A stretch of DNA of 64,000 bases from assembly GCF_902713615.1 (NCBI RefSeq), contig NC_052158.1:20642546-20706545 (forward strand), written 5' to 3'. Shown piece after piece: positions 24,942-39,040 of this stretch. A model generated the notes under the pieces. The model worked only from the letters and a program-made list of their open reading frames with translations, was not told the origin of the DNA and ran no database searches. Position numbers and translations under genes: made by a program. Each line of letters opens with the position of its first letter. Within the stretch, counting starts at the first letter, position 1. Source of the DNA: Scyliorhinus canicula (Eukaryota).

Positions 24942-26610
24942 ACGAGACCACTGCACGACTCCATTGAGTGTGCACAGATCGACTCCACAGCGAGACCACT
25001 GCATAATTCCACACAGGGAACGCAGATTATTTGAGCCACCAAAAGAAGACTCTGACAGTCTACCCAGCTCATTTAACCAGCAAGAAGACACTGAACGTCT
25101 ACACACTGTATGTGCGACAAGTGACGAAGGCACCCCAATTCCCAGACAAGATGTGCAACATGACAGCGAGACTGACTGTTCTCCACTAGTATGTACAGAG
25201 GTACTCGACAATCAACGTGAGACTACTAATGACTCCAGTGACACCACGTTAATTCAAACCTCATCCACTCGAGCCTCTCCACAAGAAAATGCATTCCTGA
25301 ACGTTTTGACTCCGGACGGGGAGCATCAAGACACCTCAGATGATTCAAGTTACACCTCAGTTGATTCAAGTGAACCTGAAATTACTCCGGACTGGGAGTG
25401 TCAAGAAACCAAAGATGATTCAGGTGAACCAGAAAGGACTCCAGACGGGGAGCATCGACAAGCCAAAGATGATTCCAGTGAACCGGACATGACTCCAGAC
25501 GGGGAACGCCGAGGAATCAGAGACGGCACGCTCAATGCAACAGCAGATGCCACAAAGGACACTGACACAAGTAACTTTGTGAAGGACTCTAATTCTCCAC
25601 TCGGTGTGGTCATTGAGCGCAGAATCACAACAACAAAACCTACAAAAGCAACAACAAAGACACCAAGAAGCGTACCAAAGGCACCAACATCAACAACAAG
25701 CACAACAAAAACAACAACATTGGAACAACGACTGGTACGACATGGGACAACTCTGCAAATGCAGGACAATGTAACAGCACAGCTCCTAACACTGGCAAGA
25801 GTACAGCCATACCATGGTATGACAGCAAATCTCACCAATTCAAGTTTGCTCCACGACAAACAAGCAAACCAGCTTTCAAGGCAGATGAGTTTGCTCCACT
25901 ATGAACACGCAACCCAGTTTTCGAGGCAGATGACATACTGCATCAATATCGCAATCACAAGAAACAGTCCAGGTTGGACGACACAGATTACATACTACAT
26001 CGCTACCACAAGCATAGAAAAAAAGTGTCCACATCAGACAACAAAGTGATTTGACCACTTCTTGGTTCCTTGAGCACAGGGACACTGACGGCATTCACAA
26101 AGCAATGACAACATCGTCATCACCGCTTCAACAACAAAACAAGAAAGCCACTCGACCATATTAATTCATGAACTTTGGACTCATACATATTATTTGGTAT
26201 TGTATAATCATCACTGTCATCACGATTTGTACATGTCATCACTTATCTACCTATTTTGTTCAATTTTCTTTAACACTGTGCAGAAAATATGTAACATGAA
26301 AAAAGGGGGGATGTGGTGATGTGCATCACTGTAAATACACAAGGGGTTAATGTAGATACACTACAACTAAGTAAACACTAGAGGGAGCACCAGAGACATC
26401 AAGACACAGACATTCAACCAATAGGTCAGTGAGATAGGACACGACCAATGGGCAATCAGGACACCCAGAGGTGACACTACCACAAGGGGGCTACCCATAT
26501 CAAGGACAGGGCATACATGCTCTTTCTCTATCCATAGGCGACACTCAGAGAGACAGGGGCAGATCAGGAAGCATCACACCCACCACATGCATTAGAGCAG
26601 ACTGGTTAGT
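24942..26610 (+). mobile_element. Gypsy-like LTR retrotransposon 3' part with PPT and truncated 3' LTR
   Basis: Thr/Asp/Ser-rich ORF to 26049; polypurine tract aaaaagggggga at ~26300-26311 followed by TGTGGTG at 26312. Confidence 0.6.
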
Positions 26611-27739
26611 TAGATTGAAGCTTGTTCTTGACAAAGGGAAGGATGGTGGTGATGAAGATTGAGAAATAGGTGGGGGCAATGAGACACCCCTGTTGCTTCT
26701 GGTTTCTGTCTTATTTCCTTCATACGGACTCGAAACAACTATTTCTCTCACCAGATGCTGCTGTTTATACAGCATTTTCTGTTTTCATTTCAGATTTCTA
26801 GAATCCACAGTATTTTGCTTTTATCCAGGTGGTGATACTTTCATAGATTTTACCGTGCAGAAGGAGGCCTTTCGGCCCATCGAGTCTGCACCGGCCCTTG
26901 GAAAGAGCACCCCACTCAAGCTCACACCTCCACCCTACCCCCGTAACCCGACTTAACCTTTTTGGATGCAAAGGGCAATTTATCATGGCCAATCTACCTA
27001 AGCCGCACATCTTTGGACTGTGGGAGGAAACCGGAGCACCCGGAGGAAACCCACGCAGACACAGGGACCACAGACAGTGCCCTAAGCCGGGAATCGAACC
27101 TATAACCTTGGAGCTGTGAAGCAACTGTGCTAACCACTGTGCTGCCATGCTGCCCTTTAAAAAAAAAGTTACATCTGTGCACCCTGATTCAATTACCCTC
27201 ACTGTAAAACTTTACTGATCTTACCACACTAAAACTTTACTGATCTTTGTACAGCTTGACACCACCCTCTTCTGGCTGCCGTTGGCACTACAATGAACTG
27301 CAAAGTTTAAACACTGAACTGAATTTTCACTTGACATCAGGCACAACAATAATATTAATAATCTTTATTGTCACAAATAGACTCACACTAACACTGCGAT
27401 GAAGTTACTGCGAAAATACACTAGTCTCAGAATAAAGGGAAGGCCATTTGGAACTGAGAGGAGCAAGAATTTCTTCACCCGAAGTGCTAAATCTTTGTCA
27501 TTCTCCGCCCGAGGGAACAAAATACTAGTTGAAAAAAGACATTACTTTCCAACATATTCTGAGCTATTAACTGCTCTGACTTGCAAGCGTGAGCATGAAT
27601 ATCTGAAGACATTCACACACCCCCACCAAGAATATTTATGTTTTGAAGAGGAAAGTCTCCCCCCTATAGCCCATAAAAGGAAGTTCTTTCCTTTGGTCGT
27701 CTTGATTAAAGCCGGTACAGTGACAACAGTATCTCAAAA

Positions 27740-28900
27740 CATTTGATGTTGACAAAGTCCTATCAACACCTCGATACATGGTCTGCCATGAATATGAACA
27801 ATGGGTGGATCATATCGGACTTGCAGCCAGTGAAAACAGTTGGTCCTTATTTACTCCATTAAAAAAAGATTCTTCGGATCATCACCCATGTCAAATAGGA
27901 GACACGGGGGCTGGATTCTCTGCCCCGCCGCGCCACATCTCTCTTTCACACCGCCGGCGGCATGCTCTGTTACGCTGGTCGGTCAATGGGATTTCCCATT
28001 GTGGGGCTGCCCCACGGCATCGGGAAACCCCCCTGGGCTGCCGGCAAAACGGAGCATCCCGCCGACAGAGAATCCACCCAGGATATGGGTCACTTAGAAA
28101 GGTAGCGATTCATTAGGGATAGTCAGCATGGTTTTATTAGGGGAAGGTAGTGTCTTACTAACGTAATCAAATAATTTGAGGAAGTAACAGGGAGGGATGA
28201 TAAATCAGTAAGGCCTTTTCGCAAAGTCACGCATGGCAGACTAGTCAAATCCTATGAGATCCAGGGGAAGGTGGAGAGTTGAGTCCAAAATTGGCTCAGT
28301 TACAGGAAACAAAGAGTAATGGTTGATGGATGTTTTAGTGAATGAAAAACAGTTTCCAGAGGCATCTCACAGGGCTCAGTGTCGGGGCCCATGTCGTTTG
28401 TTGTATATATTTATGATTTGGACTTAAATGTGGGAGGCAATGTTTTGAAATTTGCAAATGCCACAAAAATTGACCGTATAGTTGATACTGAAGAGGAAAG
28501 TTGTTGTCTCCAAAATGATATCAACGGTTTGATTTAGTGACTAGAAAATGGAATTCAACCCGGAGAAGTGTGATGTAATGCACTCAATAAGTGGGAAAAT
28601 ATTGAGCGGGGTAGGGGAAGCGAGACCTTGAAGTGTATGTCCACAGGTCCTTGAAGGTGGAGAGACAGCTGAATAAAATGGTCAAGAAAACATTTTTTAC
28701 TTTCCTTTATTACGCATGGAATTGAATAAGAAAGCAGGGATGTAATGTCGGAACTGCCTAAAGTGCTGGTTAGGCCACCGCTGGAATTTGGTGCACAGTT
28801 CTGGTCACCACACTGCCACTTCTCTAACAGAAATGGCATAATTTCTCTGGGGAGAGTGCAGAGGAGATTTACAACAATGTTGTCAGGGTTGAAAATTGCA
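27740..28900 (+). mobile_element. Degenerate CR1 LINE RT fragment with a short MITE at 27908-28079
   Basis: LVRPPLEFGAQFWSPH...RVQRRFT motif; MITE ends gggctggattctc / gagaatccaccc. Confidence 0.8.
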
Positions 28901-29004
28901 GCAATGATGAGAAATGGCACGGGTCGTTTTCGTTATGTCATGAATCTCCTGGGAGACAGCGCCAGGCAGAATTCAAAGGGTGTTGATTGGTATGCGTTTC
29001 TCCC

Positions 29005-29274
29005 TGTGGTAGTATGACTAGGGGTATTACGGTACCTTGGAAGTGAGCTGCTATTGGTGCAGAGGACTCGCTGCCCATTGGCCTGGGTAAGTCATGTGCC
29101 TCTCAGCCGATTGGCTGAGAGGTAGGTAGCTCCGTCTACAAGGTGGGATATAAGAACCCGTGCTTCCCAGCAGTCGGCCTTTCTTCTGTACGTCTGCTGC
29201 CGGGCACACATCTTGTGCATTAAAGCCTATCGTTTGGATCTCATCTACGTTTCGTGTCCATTGATTGTGCATCA
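29005..29274 (+). mobile_element. Solo LTR (270 bp)
   Basis: TGTGGT...GCATCA; perfect 5-bp TSD CTCCC; TATA (gatataagaa) and ATTAAA inside. Confidence 0.88.
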
Positions 29275-29326
29275 CTCCCATTTTAAAATGCCAGCACAAG
29301 TGTGAATCAAGTGTGAATAGCTTATA

Positions 29327-29515
29327 GGGCAGCACTGTAGCTCAGTGGTTAGCACTGCTGCCTCACGGCACTAAGGTCCCAGGTTCGATCCCGGGTCACT
29401 GTCCATGTGGAGTTTGCACATTCTCCCCATGTCCGTGTGGTTTTCACCCCCACAACACAAAGGTGTGCAGGGTAGATGGATTGGCCACGCTAAATTGCCC
29501 CTTAATTTAAAAAAA
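29327..29515 (+). mobile_element. Short HE1-like SINE with TSD
   Basis: Flanked by direct repeat gtgtgaatagcttata (29311-29326 and 29516-29531). Confidence 0.88.
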
Positions 29516-30189
29516 GTGTGAATAGCTTATAGGGGAGAAACAGCTTCCAGATGATTGAGAAGGTCCATGAGATATACATCTGTTAATGTATTATCAAGGA
29601 AGCTGAACAAAGGATTAATTGCCAGTCCTTGAAAAACCAGGAGACAGTTATCATCCAGAAGTCTTAAAGCAGACAGGCCAGTTTCCAGCCATCAAGCCTG
29701 AAGGCCACATTTACAGCAAACAAGCTTGGAAGTCTTCGAGCTAAGGCAGCGCACAGAACTTTCAAAGCAGCACTGCTAAAATCTCTTCACCGGGCCAGGA
29801 AAAAAATGATTCCCAGATTTGAGCATCATCCCTGTATTGTGTGTAAACTATAGTTGGTTATGCAATTCGGATGTTGTTTGGAGAATAGGCAAAGCCTTAG
29901 AGAGTTCAAGTATCGTATTGCGTAATAAAGGGGCATGTTCTATGTAAACTGTGTTTAGCAATTCATACATCTTAATTGCAGGAGTACAGTCGCCCCGTTT
30001 ATGTATATTTGTCTTTATTTAATAAAGTCTTTAATAATTGTCACACGACGACTGGGATATGTATTCTCACTGGGATTTCACTCGTCTCTTCACACCAAAA
30101 CTATGCACCCTCGCAGACCTATGCTCCAAGTTGGGATAACATCAGCTGCTTTGTGACACTTAGAAAAGAGGAGGCCAAGGGAAGGTCCA

Positions 30190-30560
30190 AGTGAGGTCTA
30201 CGAAATTATGAAGGGTCTAGTCAGGGTAGGCAGCTAGGGTTTCCCCCAGCTGAGGGATTAATTACCGGGGGCAGAGATTTAAGGTGATTAGTAGGAGAAT
30301 TAGAGGGGACGTGAGGAAAAGCCTTTTCACCCCCAAGGGTGGTGGGCATCTGGAATTCATCGGCTAAATTGGTGGTTGTGGCCGAAACGCTGAACTCATT
30401 TAAGAAGCTATCTGGACCTGAATCTAAAGTGCTGCAATTTATAACTTTACAGACCAAGTGCTGGAAAGTAGAATTAAATGAGCGGCTATTTGTTCTCTCT
30501 ATTGTTGGTTGGGACAGACGCGATGGGCTGAATGGCCCCTTTCTTTGTTGTAACTTTTCC
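30190..30560 (+). mobile_element. CR1 LINE 3' end
   Basis: gaggtctacgaaattatgaaggg...gatgggctgaatggcccct tail. Confidence 0.8.
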
Positions 30561-31226
30561 ATGGGTTATGTTTCTGATAGTGCCAGTATGTTGAGCGGCT
30601 CTCCAATTTTGGACTTGGGTTTGTGAACGAGGCGCTGGTAGAGGAGTGGTTGACTGACCATTTGCTGACAGGAATTGGACGTGGGGCAGTGAAAGAGAAC
30701 AGGAATCAGGAAAGAAAAACTAACCCTCAACCACTGCCCCCTGGGCACAAAACAGTTGCCAGGAACAAGGATTGACATAGTTGCCGCTTCTTGCTGTGGG
30801 AAAGGCTAGCGATTTGATGCTGTGGTGCCCATGGTGAATATACTAAGTGAGGTACTGAGGCAGACAGAGCCGGCTTCAGCTTGTGACTCCGACAGGAGAG
30901 AAACTTGTTGGGGAAAGGATGCTGGAAAACTGACTGGAAAGGGCGATAAACCAGATTGGATAAAGAGAGAGCACAGCAGTTTCCAGAAAAGGCTGAAAAG
31001 AAAAAGTCAGAGAAAAGGGAAAGGCTTGGAGTTGTATTCATTATGCAAATATGAATGGGTAAGCTTACAGTGCATTCATTAGGACCAGAGGGCATAATCT
31101 CAAAGCAAGGGGTGGCCCATTTTAGATAGAGATGAGGAGGAATTTCCTCTCTCAGAGGGTGTTGAACCTGTGGAATTCTTTACTGCAGAGGGCTGTAGCG
31201 GCTCGGTCATAAGTATGTTCAAGGCT

Positions 31227-31450
31227 AGGGAAGCACGGTGGCACAGTGGTTAGCATTGCTGCCTACGGCGCTGAGGACCCGGGTTCGATCCCGGCTCTGG
31301 GTCACTGTCCGTGTGGAGTTTGTACATTCTCCCCGTGTTTGCGTGGGTTTCGCCCCCGCAACCCAAAAGATGTGCAGGCTAGGTGGATGGCAAAATTGCT
31401 CCTTAACTAGAAAAAAATGAATTGGGTATTCTAAATTTATATTTAAAAAA
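31227..31450 (+). mobile_element. Short HE1-like SINE inserted in a CR1 3' end
   Basis: 18-bp TSD ataagtatgttca(a/t)ggct at 31209-31226 and 31451-31468. Confidence 0.88.
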
Positions 31451-33013
31451 ATAAGTATGTTCATGGCTGAGATAGACAAATTTTTAAAATCAGTAAGGGA
31501 ATCAAGTGTTAAGGTAAAAAAGTGGAGTTGAGGATTATCATGTCAGATCAGTCATGATCTCATTGAATGGCGGAGCAGACTTGATGGGCTGAATGGTCTA
31601 TGTCTGCTTTTACATCTTGTGGTCAATTGAAAAACTTAAATTTATTATAACAAAACCCTTCAAAAGTGCAATGAGCAAACATTCAGGATCAATTTATTAC
31701 AATACGACACTGGATTGTACATTGTACATGAAATGTTTTAACTTCTTCCTCACAACAAAATCTTCAACAAGTTGCCTCAGTTTGGCCCATCACCCAGCAT
31801 CAATCTGGAGTGGCTGTCAAACACATTTCTGCATTTACAGAGTACTTCGAAGGGAGTAAAGTATCCCAAAGCATTTCACAAGAGCATCCTCTTCGCAGTA
31901 TGCTTGCACAACATCATAAAACTTTATTCCCTAATCACAACTAAAGTCGCTTTAAAGGGACATGTGAATGCCTGCCCAGTCTTTTCCTACTCCAGTGTCT
32001 GGTCATGCCATCTTTGGACAATAAGATGGCCTGTTGTATCCAATGCTACAATCAATACGTTATAGTAGTACAGAAGTTGGATAACGCCGGAAAAAAGACA
32101 AAGCTGTCAAAGCTTTTCACTTTGCACTCATCAGAACAAGAATGCAAGAATACTAAATCCACATGCCAATGTCTTGACCAGAGGTGACATTTCTGGTTTA
32201 AACTTAACAAAGGTTTGCCAGTTAACTATTCCCTGGTGCATTTCCCATGGCAATATCTCAGAGTCCACTTGCCAACAACCTTCTCATGCAGTAGAGATTG
32301 TTGATTTCCAGACATTTGGTACTGTTGTGTCAGTCCTGAGGAGTGCAAAATAAAAAGCTTCGATAGTCTGTTTCTTTTTCAGTAACAATCAAATGCTGCA
32401 AGAAAAGACATGAAAACCGCTATGCAACGTTTGAAGCTCCCGCTTTTTATGGTGCTCGGAAGGAGGCATGCTCAGCCAGCTGAGCAGCTTTCAAGCTGAA
32501 TGGAACAATTCAGGATCCAAGTCTTCCCATTGATTACTCCTCCCCTCATTGCAGCCGCTTTAAATAATAATCACTTTTATTAATGTCGCAAGTGGCTGAC
32601 ATTAACACTGCAATGAAGTTACTGTGAAAAGCCCCTCGTCGCCACATTCCGGTGCCTGTCCGTGTACACAAAAGGAGAATTCAGAATGTCCAATTCATCC
32701 AACAGCACGTTGTTCGGGTCCTGTGGGAGGAAACCGGAGCACCCGGAGGAAACCCACGCAGACACGGGGAGAACGTGCAGATTCTGCACAGACAGTGGCC
32801 AAAGCCAGGAATCGAACCTGGGACCCTGTCACTATGAAGCAACAGTGCTAACCACTGTGCTACCGTTAAGGGGGGGGGGGGTAATATTGAATAGTTTCTG
32901 GATGTCTGCCACTTAAAGATCAAGTCCATGGAGTGTGTCACTTATACCACATAAGAGGTCCATCTGCATATGAAGCTAACACAGTGATGTGGCTTGTGCT
33001 ACAGAATGCTGTG

Positions 33014-33350
33014 GGCAGCAGGGTAGCATAGTGGTTAGCACAATTGCTTCACAGCTCCAGGGTCTCAGGTTCGATTTTCGGCTTGGGTCACTGTCTGTGT
33101 GGAGTCTGCACATTCTCCCCGTGTGTGCGTGGGTTTCCTCCGGGTGCTCCAGTTTCCTCCCACAGCCCAAAGATGTGCAGGTTAGGTTGATTGACAATGA
33201 TAAATTGCCCTTTAAGTGTCCAAAAAAGTTAGGTGGGGTTGCTGGATTACGGGGATAGGGCGGATGTGTGGGCTTAAGTGCGGTGCTCTTTCCTAAGGGC
33301 CGGTGCAGACACGATGGGCCAAATGGCCTCCTTCTGCACTTTAAATTAGT
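33014..33350 (+). mobile_element. Full-length HE1-like SINE
   Basis: gggcagcagggtagcatagtggttagc head through gggccaaatggcctccttctgcact tail. Similar copies at 26850-27155, 44926-45140, 45783-45998, 47486-47715, 50575-50800, 52765-52960, 53548-53775 and 56030-56352. Confidence 0.88.
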
Positions 33351-35036
33351 CACATGACAAGTTGGCACCACACCCACTGGTGGGCTCCTACTTGTAACCA
33401 GATTGTCATCGCATCCCCCCCAAGTGGAGGTCAAAATCTCCTGAGACGCTTTGGGGGTAGATAGGAATACAAATAAATGGGAAAGCCATCCTGCAACTTC
33501 CTGAGGTATCTCTTATGATCTAGTTATATAAATAAACCTTTTTCCTTTTTTGAGAAAGTTACCTAGTGGGAGGAATAACACGAGGGGGGTAGGAGAGAGA
33601 GAAAAGAGACCAACATTCCCACAAGGAACAAGAGAGTGCCAGGGTTAATGGGAGTGTAAGGACAGAGCCCCATCCGAGATGAAGTATTTGTGGACCGCAG
33701 TCTGAGTGTAACGTATTTTGGGATGCCTTGAAACTTGACAAGAAACACTTCAAAATGCAAGTCCCTTTTCTCTGACACGATCGCTCAAAATACTGCAAAA
33801 TCCTCAAAAGCACAACAAACATCAGTAAACGTTTCACCTTCTGCTGCACGTTGTGTAAACAGCATTACTATTTGAGAACCAGCACTACTAGAGGGATTAA
33901 ACACACAAGCAGCTAACTGGAGACACATTTCGACATTAATTCAACAATAATTTCAAATTTCTTACTTAGAATTGACACTCGCCCCATACTCCTCACTAAA
34001 TCCCAGAGTGTTTAAAACCAACCAGTATTAATCAACTATTAAAACCTGTGTGTGCTAATTTTGTTGAGTTTCTGACCCTAGAGTCGGTAATGGGCATCCA
34101 CAAAGATGCCCAAAATACCATTTTCTTTCTCCTCTCCCCCACCTGTTTGCAGACACAATCTTTAGTGCACGGAACCCTCTGCCCACATTACATACTCGGG
34201 TCATGTTAAGGTAAAGACACTACAGTCCCAGATGATCATGGGCTGCTTTCCCCCATCAGGGGGAGAGCAGAGAGCTGACTGCTGGAGATTTAAGCTGAGG
34301 ATTGCCACACCTCATGGCAAGGCTGAGAAGACAGGAATAACCACAGCTGGTACGGGAATTGAACCCATGCTGTTGGCCTTGTTCAGCCGTCCTTGTTCAA
34401 CTGTCCAGCCAACTGAGCTAAGCCGGCCCCAGGTCAAATCATGCCCAACATAATCACATACAGGGGAAAACTCCCATGACTCTACTTTGCCAATGCCTCT
34501 TACTGCAAACCTCAGAAAAGCAACCAGTGGGTGAAAAATCAGTTTACTTCCAAAGCTCCAGCCACCGACCCCCCTCACCCCAACCCCCCCCCTCCCCTCC
34601 CCACCAAACCAGTAACATGTGACCTCCGAAAACTAATCTAGCCCACCACCCCCCACAATCTCACAAAAGACCTCACGAGCATGGGGAGCACTAACACTGG
34701 GCTGCAAATTCACAGACCATTTCAGATATTGTGTTTTGATTTGTGGATCGACAAGACCCCCAGTCAAAGGGACCAATTTTGCAAAACCCTCGTGGCTGGG
34801 ATTTCCAACCCCTCTGCGCTCCTGATACAAATTGAGAAATCAGTACCCCCCTCCTCCTGGCCCACAAGCTTTAAGTTTAATGCTCGGAAGTTAACAGGTG
34901 GACAACGTAGCTTTGACTAATGTGAGCTCCTCATGGGAACCAGTGACAATTCAGGATCCAACTCATTCTAACCAGCACCTTTAATACTCAATGCCTGGTA
35001 ACACAACACAGATGAAAAATACTGGATAGGGATTCA

Positions 35037-35042
35037 TTTATT
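35037..35042 (-). terminator. Candidate polyadenylation signal of TRIM B
   Basis: AATAAA on the minus strand ~95 bp downstream of the stop codon. Confidence 0.45.
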
Positions 35043-35135
35043 TGTCGTAGGGCAGTGTTATATAGAATTTAACAGACCGCCCCTTTAAGAAGGAGCATCA
35101 CAATTTCTAACCTTCACCCCACAGCCTGCAGCAAA

Positions 35136-35686
35136 TTAATCTAAACAGCCCTCTGAATTAAGTAGACAAAGTGGCTCTGAATTCCCTTCTTTCTTGTTAT
35201 GAGGGTTGAAGAGGGGATACAGCTTCGTCGTGAACTTATCCCGAATGGTGTAGATGGGGCACAGATCATGGGCATCATAGAAGGACAGCTGTCCCTCCTC
35301 ATAGTTCAGGTAGATGCGGATGGTGCGAGGCTTGCGACGGAGAGGGAGGGTCCTGGCACCTGGCACACTGAGGTTAACCAGGCTCCCATTGAGCATCTCG
35401 ATCACCCAGTAACCGTCCTGCGGCGTCAGCTGTTTGGTTATCAGCCGGTCGGCGGATCCACTGGCCACCCCGAGCACACAAGAGGAATTGTTTCCCAACT
35501 CCACGTCCCAGTAGTGTTGGCCTGACAGGAAGCCGCTACTGGCCAGGACGCAGAGCCAGTGGTTGAAACGATGGGTCATGAGGGAGCAATCCCGACGCTT
35601 TTCGCCATCAATCACACTGATGAGGTCCTCGGACAGGATGAGTCGCGGATGTGCCGTCTTGGGATCCAGTGTCAGAAATTCTCTGG
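35136..35686 (-). CDS. TRIM gene B terminal PRY-SPRY (B30.2) exon
   Basis: ttatgtcttccag|CC, phase 1; LTLDPKTAHPRLILSED...CVLASSGFLSGQHYWDVEL...GYWVI...IRIYLNYEEGQLSFYD...LYPLFNP; stop TAA. Confidence 0.95.
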
Positions 35687-36518
35687 CTGGAAGACATAAA
35701 TCCTCAGTTAACAGAGACACTGACTGCCCATCGATACACAGCTAACACTGAGCGGATGTAGCATCCGGACATACGTCCTCAATTACAGGAGGCACTGGGC
35801 CTGATTTTGCAGGGAAAAGTTGCAAATGGAGGTCAGGGAGGAACACAGTTGTCTAATGCAATCTCATTATGAATGTTGAGCTGAGTTCCAAAACCACTAA
35901 TGCACTGGGTTCAGGATAGGTTATTGATACAGCTGCCCTGGGGACTCGGAGCTTTGTCTGATTGTCAATTTCATGACCACTTAATTGGATTATGTTTTTC
36001 CGAGGTTTGTTTGGATGTTTTTCTTTTACTTTAACAGACTTATTATGACCACTTAAATATGATCAAGGTAGTGTGAATGGTTGCGTTTCATTGACTACTT
36101 TATGAAAAACCCTTAATCCTCTTAGGAGCTCAAGTAAAACATGCATGTTTGTTTATTTTGACAGTTTCATGAGCTGATAGCATTGGATAGCACATGGAGA
36201 ATTCCACGCCCCCCCCAAAAACCCCCATCCTCTTCCAAGTAATGCTATGTGATCCTTTATATCTTCCGAAGAGGGCAGGAGAGAGACTTCCATATAGAGC
36301 TTCATCCAGAGGACAGTACCACAAATAATGCAACAGTCCCTCAGTAATGCAGATCAGTGCCATGCCAGACTTTACAGTGAAGTCTCGGGAGTGGGACTTG
36401 GACCTACTACCTTCTGACTCAGAGGCGGCATTGCCATTGACTGAGCCACTACCTGCAATAACCACTGTGTAACAAATTCAGTGAGAACTCAGCCCCTCCA
36501 CTCCGAAGGATTACGTAC

Positions 36519-36634
36519 CTGGTACCAAGGCTTTAAGCTCATCCCAGATTTTAATGAAGCGAAAAGGTGTAATGATAGAGTCAGTGTGCAGAGCAGTGGG
36601 AACATCCGCTGGTTTGACACGCTCCTGTTTACAC
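36519..36634 (-). CDS. TRIM B exon 5 equivalent (116 bp)
   Basis: ttcctccattgcag|G...CCAG|gtacgt; CKQERVKPADVPTALHTDSIITPFRFIKIWDELKALVP; same size as TRIM A exon 5. Confidence 0.85.
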
Positions 36635-37912
36635 CTGCAATGGAGGAAAGAATGACAACTTAGCTCTTTATTAAAACCCCACTGCTGCCCCCCCCATCCC
36701 TTCCACAATTTTCCCTCTCCAGAAGCTAGGGACTCTTTCTAAGATACGATTCCCCAGAGACGGGCAGCCATCGAGCGCCATGTCCAATTAGCCATCCTTT
36801 CCAAGCAAGGTTGTGACAGTGAAACATTGGCAAAGTATTTGGCCAAGAGCATCAGTCCAAGACCGAGACTGTTCCCATCTAAAAAATGCTTTTATGGTCA
36901 CGAGTCATGTTCAAAGACGCTCTACGGCCAATTAAGAACAGTTAGTTTTGAAGTAGCGTCACTCCAGAACATCAGGAGACACAGCAACCTATTTTGTACA
37001 ACAACGTCCCACAATCAGCAAAGTGATAATGACATAATGGTATGAAAGCAGGAACTGCTGGAAAAAGGAGGTGATCTGGCAGCATCTGTAGATAAACAGA
37101 GTTGATGGTTTGAGTCCAATATGAGTCTTCAGATAAGTCATATTCAACTCAAACTGTTAACTTTGTTTCTCTTCCTTCAGTTTTCCCAGCACTTTTTTTT
37201 GTTTCCAATTTGCAGCATCCACAATATTTTGCTTTCGATCTGCTTTTACTGTCAATTCAGGGACATGTACTAAAGTTCCCCTTCAGAATACTGCTATGGG
37301 ATCTTTGACACACACCCGAAAAGACCATGCCTCAGTTTAGCAGTTCATCCGAAGGACGGCATCTCCACAGTGCAGCGCGCCCTTAGTATTGCATTTGGAT
37401 TTTGTACTCAAGTCCCTGGAGATGGATTTGAGCCGGTGACCTTCCGACAGAGAAGCCAGAGTATCAGTGGAGCCATCATTGGCACCGAGCGTGCTTCCCA
37501 CCCAGGGCCAATGACCAGCCTTGTGAATCCTTTTCCAAACCCAAGGTCCTGAGGTCAACCTCAGCACTGGGGCACCTTGACCCAGCACAAATTCAGGATT
37601 GAACCTGGGGACGTCACGGTCTGTGTGGCTCAGACTTGTAAATATACCCTGTGGGGCTAGCAGTGGAAGTCAGGAGGATACATTTAGAAAGAATTTGAGA
37701 CACGCACCTTTCCAGGAGCAGTTTGATATCCTGAAGAAAAATGAAAAAGAATCAGGTTATAATTTCACAATATGATCAGGAATCAAACACATTGCCTGCC
37801 GATTTTATATCAGTGGACAGCAACAGGGGATATGCAGTGGAAACTCAATAAATCGTACCCAATAGATATTTACAACTCAGAATGAGGTGTTATTGACCCA
37901 ATACACCAGCGA

Positions 37913-38274
37913 GAAAGAGACAGAGAGTCAGACAGAGAGAGGGGGGGAGACAGAGAGAAGGGAGGGCAGACAGAGAGAAGGGGGGGGCAGACAGAGAGAA
38001 GGGGGGGGCAGACAGAGAGAAGGGGGGGGCAGACAGAGAGGGGGGCAGACAGAGAGGGGGGCAGACAGAGAGGGGGGCAGACAGAGAGGGGGGCAGACAG
38101 AGAGGGGGGCAGACAGAGAGAAGGGGGGGCAGACAGAGAGAAGGGGGGGGAGACAGAGAGAAGGGAGTGCAGACAGAGAGAAGGGAGGGCAGACAGATAG
38201 AAGGGCAGGCAGACAGAGAGAAGGGCGGGCAGACAGAGAGAAGGGGGGGCAGACAGGGAGATGGGGGGCAGACT
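37913..38274 (+). repeat. GA-rich minisatellite (~18-20 bp, ggggggcagacagagagaa), interrupted by a SINE and resuming near 38461
   Basis: Directly visible tandem units. Confidence 0.92.
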
Positions 38275-38659
38275 GGGGCTGGTTTAGCACCCTGGGCTAA
38301 ATAGCTGGCTTTTAAAGCAGATCAAGGAGGCCAGCAGCGCGGGTTCAATTCCCATACCAGCCTCCCCGAACAGGTGCTGGAATGTGGCGACTAGGGGCTT
38401 TTCATAGTAACTTCATTGAAGCCTACTTGTGACAATAAGCGATTTTTATTTAATTTTTCAGACAGAGAGAAGGGGGCAGAGAGAAGGGCCGGGGGGGGGG
38501 GGGGGGGGGGGGGGGGGGAGAGAAGAAGAGAGAGAGCGAGAGAGACCCCCCCCCACACACAGGCAGACCCTTTTCCCCCACACCCACAGACCCGCACACG
38601 CACACTGACACGCACGAGTTCACCAGCCCGCACAGAACCCCCTAGCGCACACAGACCTC

Positions 38660-39040
38660 ACAATGTGTGCGTAAAAGTTATAAAGTTACATGTTTATACA
38701 GCAGCTTTGATAACAATTGCCAGTCTAACAAAGTACTTTTATGTTTAGCCACTGTCGTAACATAAGAAACGCAGCCGCCAAGGTGTGCACAGCAATCTCT
38801 CACACATGGTCATAATGACCAGTTAATCAGTTTTTGGGGGATATCGATTTGAGTGATAAATATCGACAGGACACGGGCAATAAGTCCCCTGCTCTTTTTT
38901 AAAATAATGTTGCAGAATCTTTACGGCCACCTGAGACAGCAGAGGTATTTTTAGTTTAATATGTCATCCGAAAAAGGGTACCTCTGACACTGCAGCACTT
39001 CTTCACTGCAACACTCCCTCGGCATTGTGCTGGAGCGTCA
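38660..39040 (-). mobile_element. DeuSINE (SacSINE1/AmnSINE1-like) remnant
   Basis: Reverse complement resembles the Deu domain (gtgtcagagg...tttcggatga...aaagat...agcagggga...atcact). Weaker copies at ~36170-36450, ~37290-37450 and ~48880-49010 plus 50030-50290. Confidence 0.65.

Noticed and set aside
24886-26049. 387-aa Thr/Asp/Ser-rich ORF as a host gene
   Set aside because: It starts inside a solo LTR and ends just before a PPT and LTR; best explained as retrotransposon sequence.
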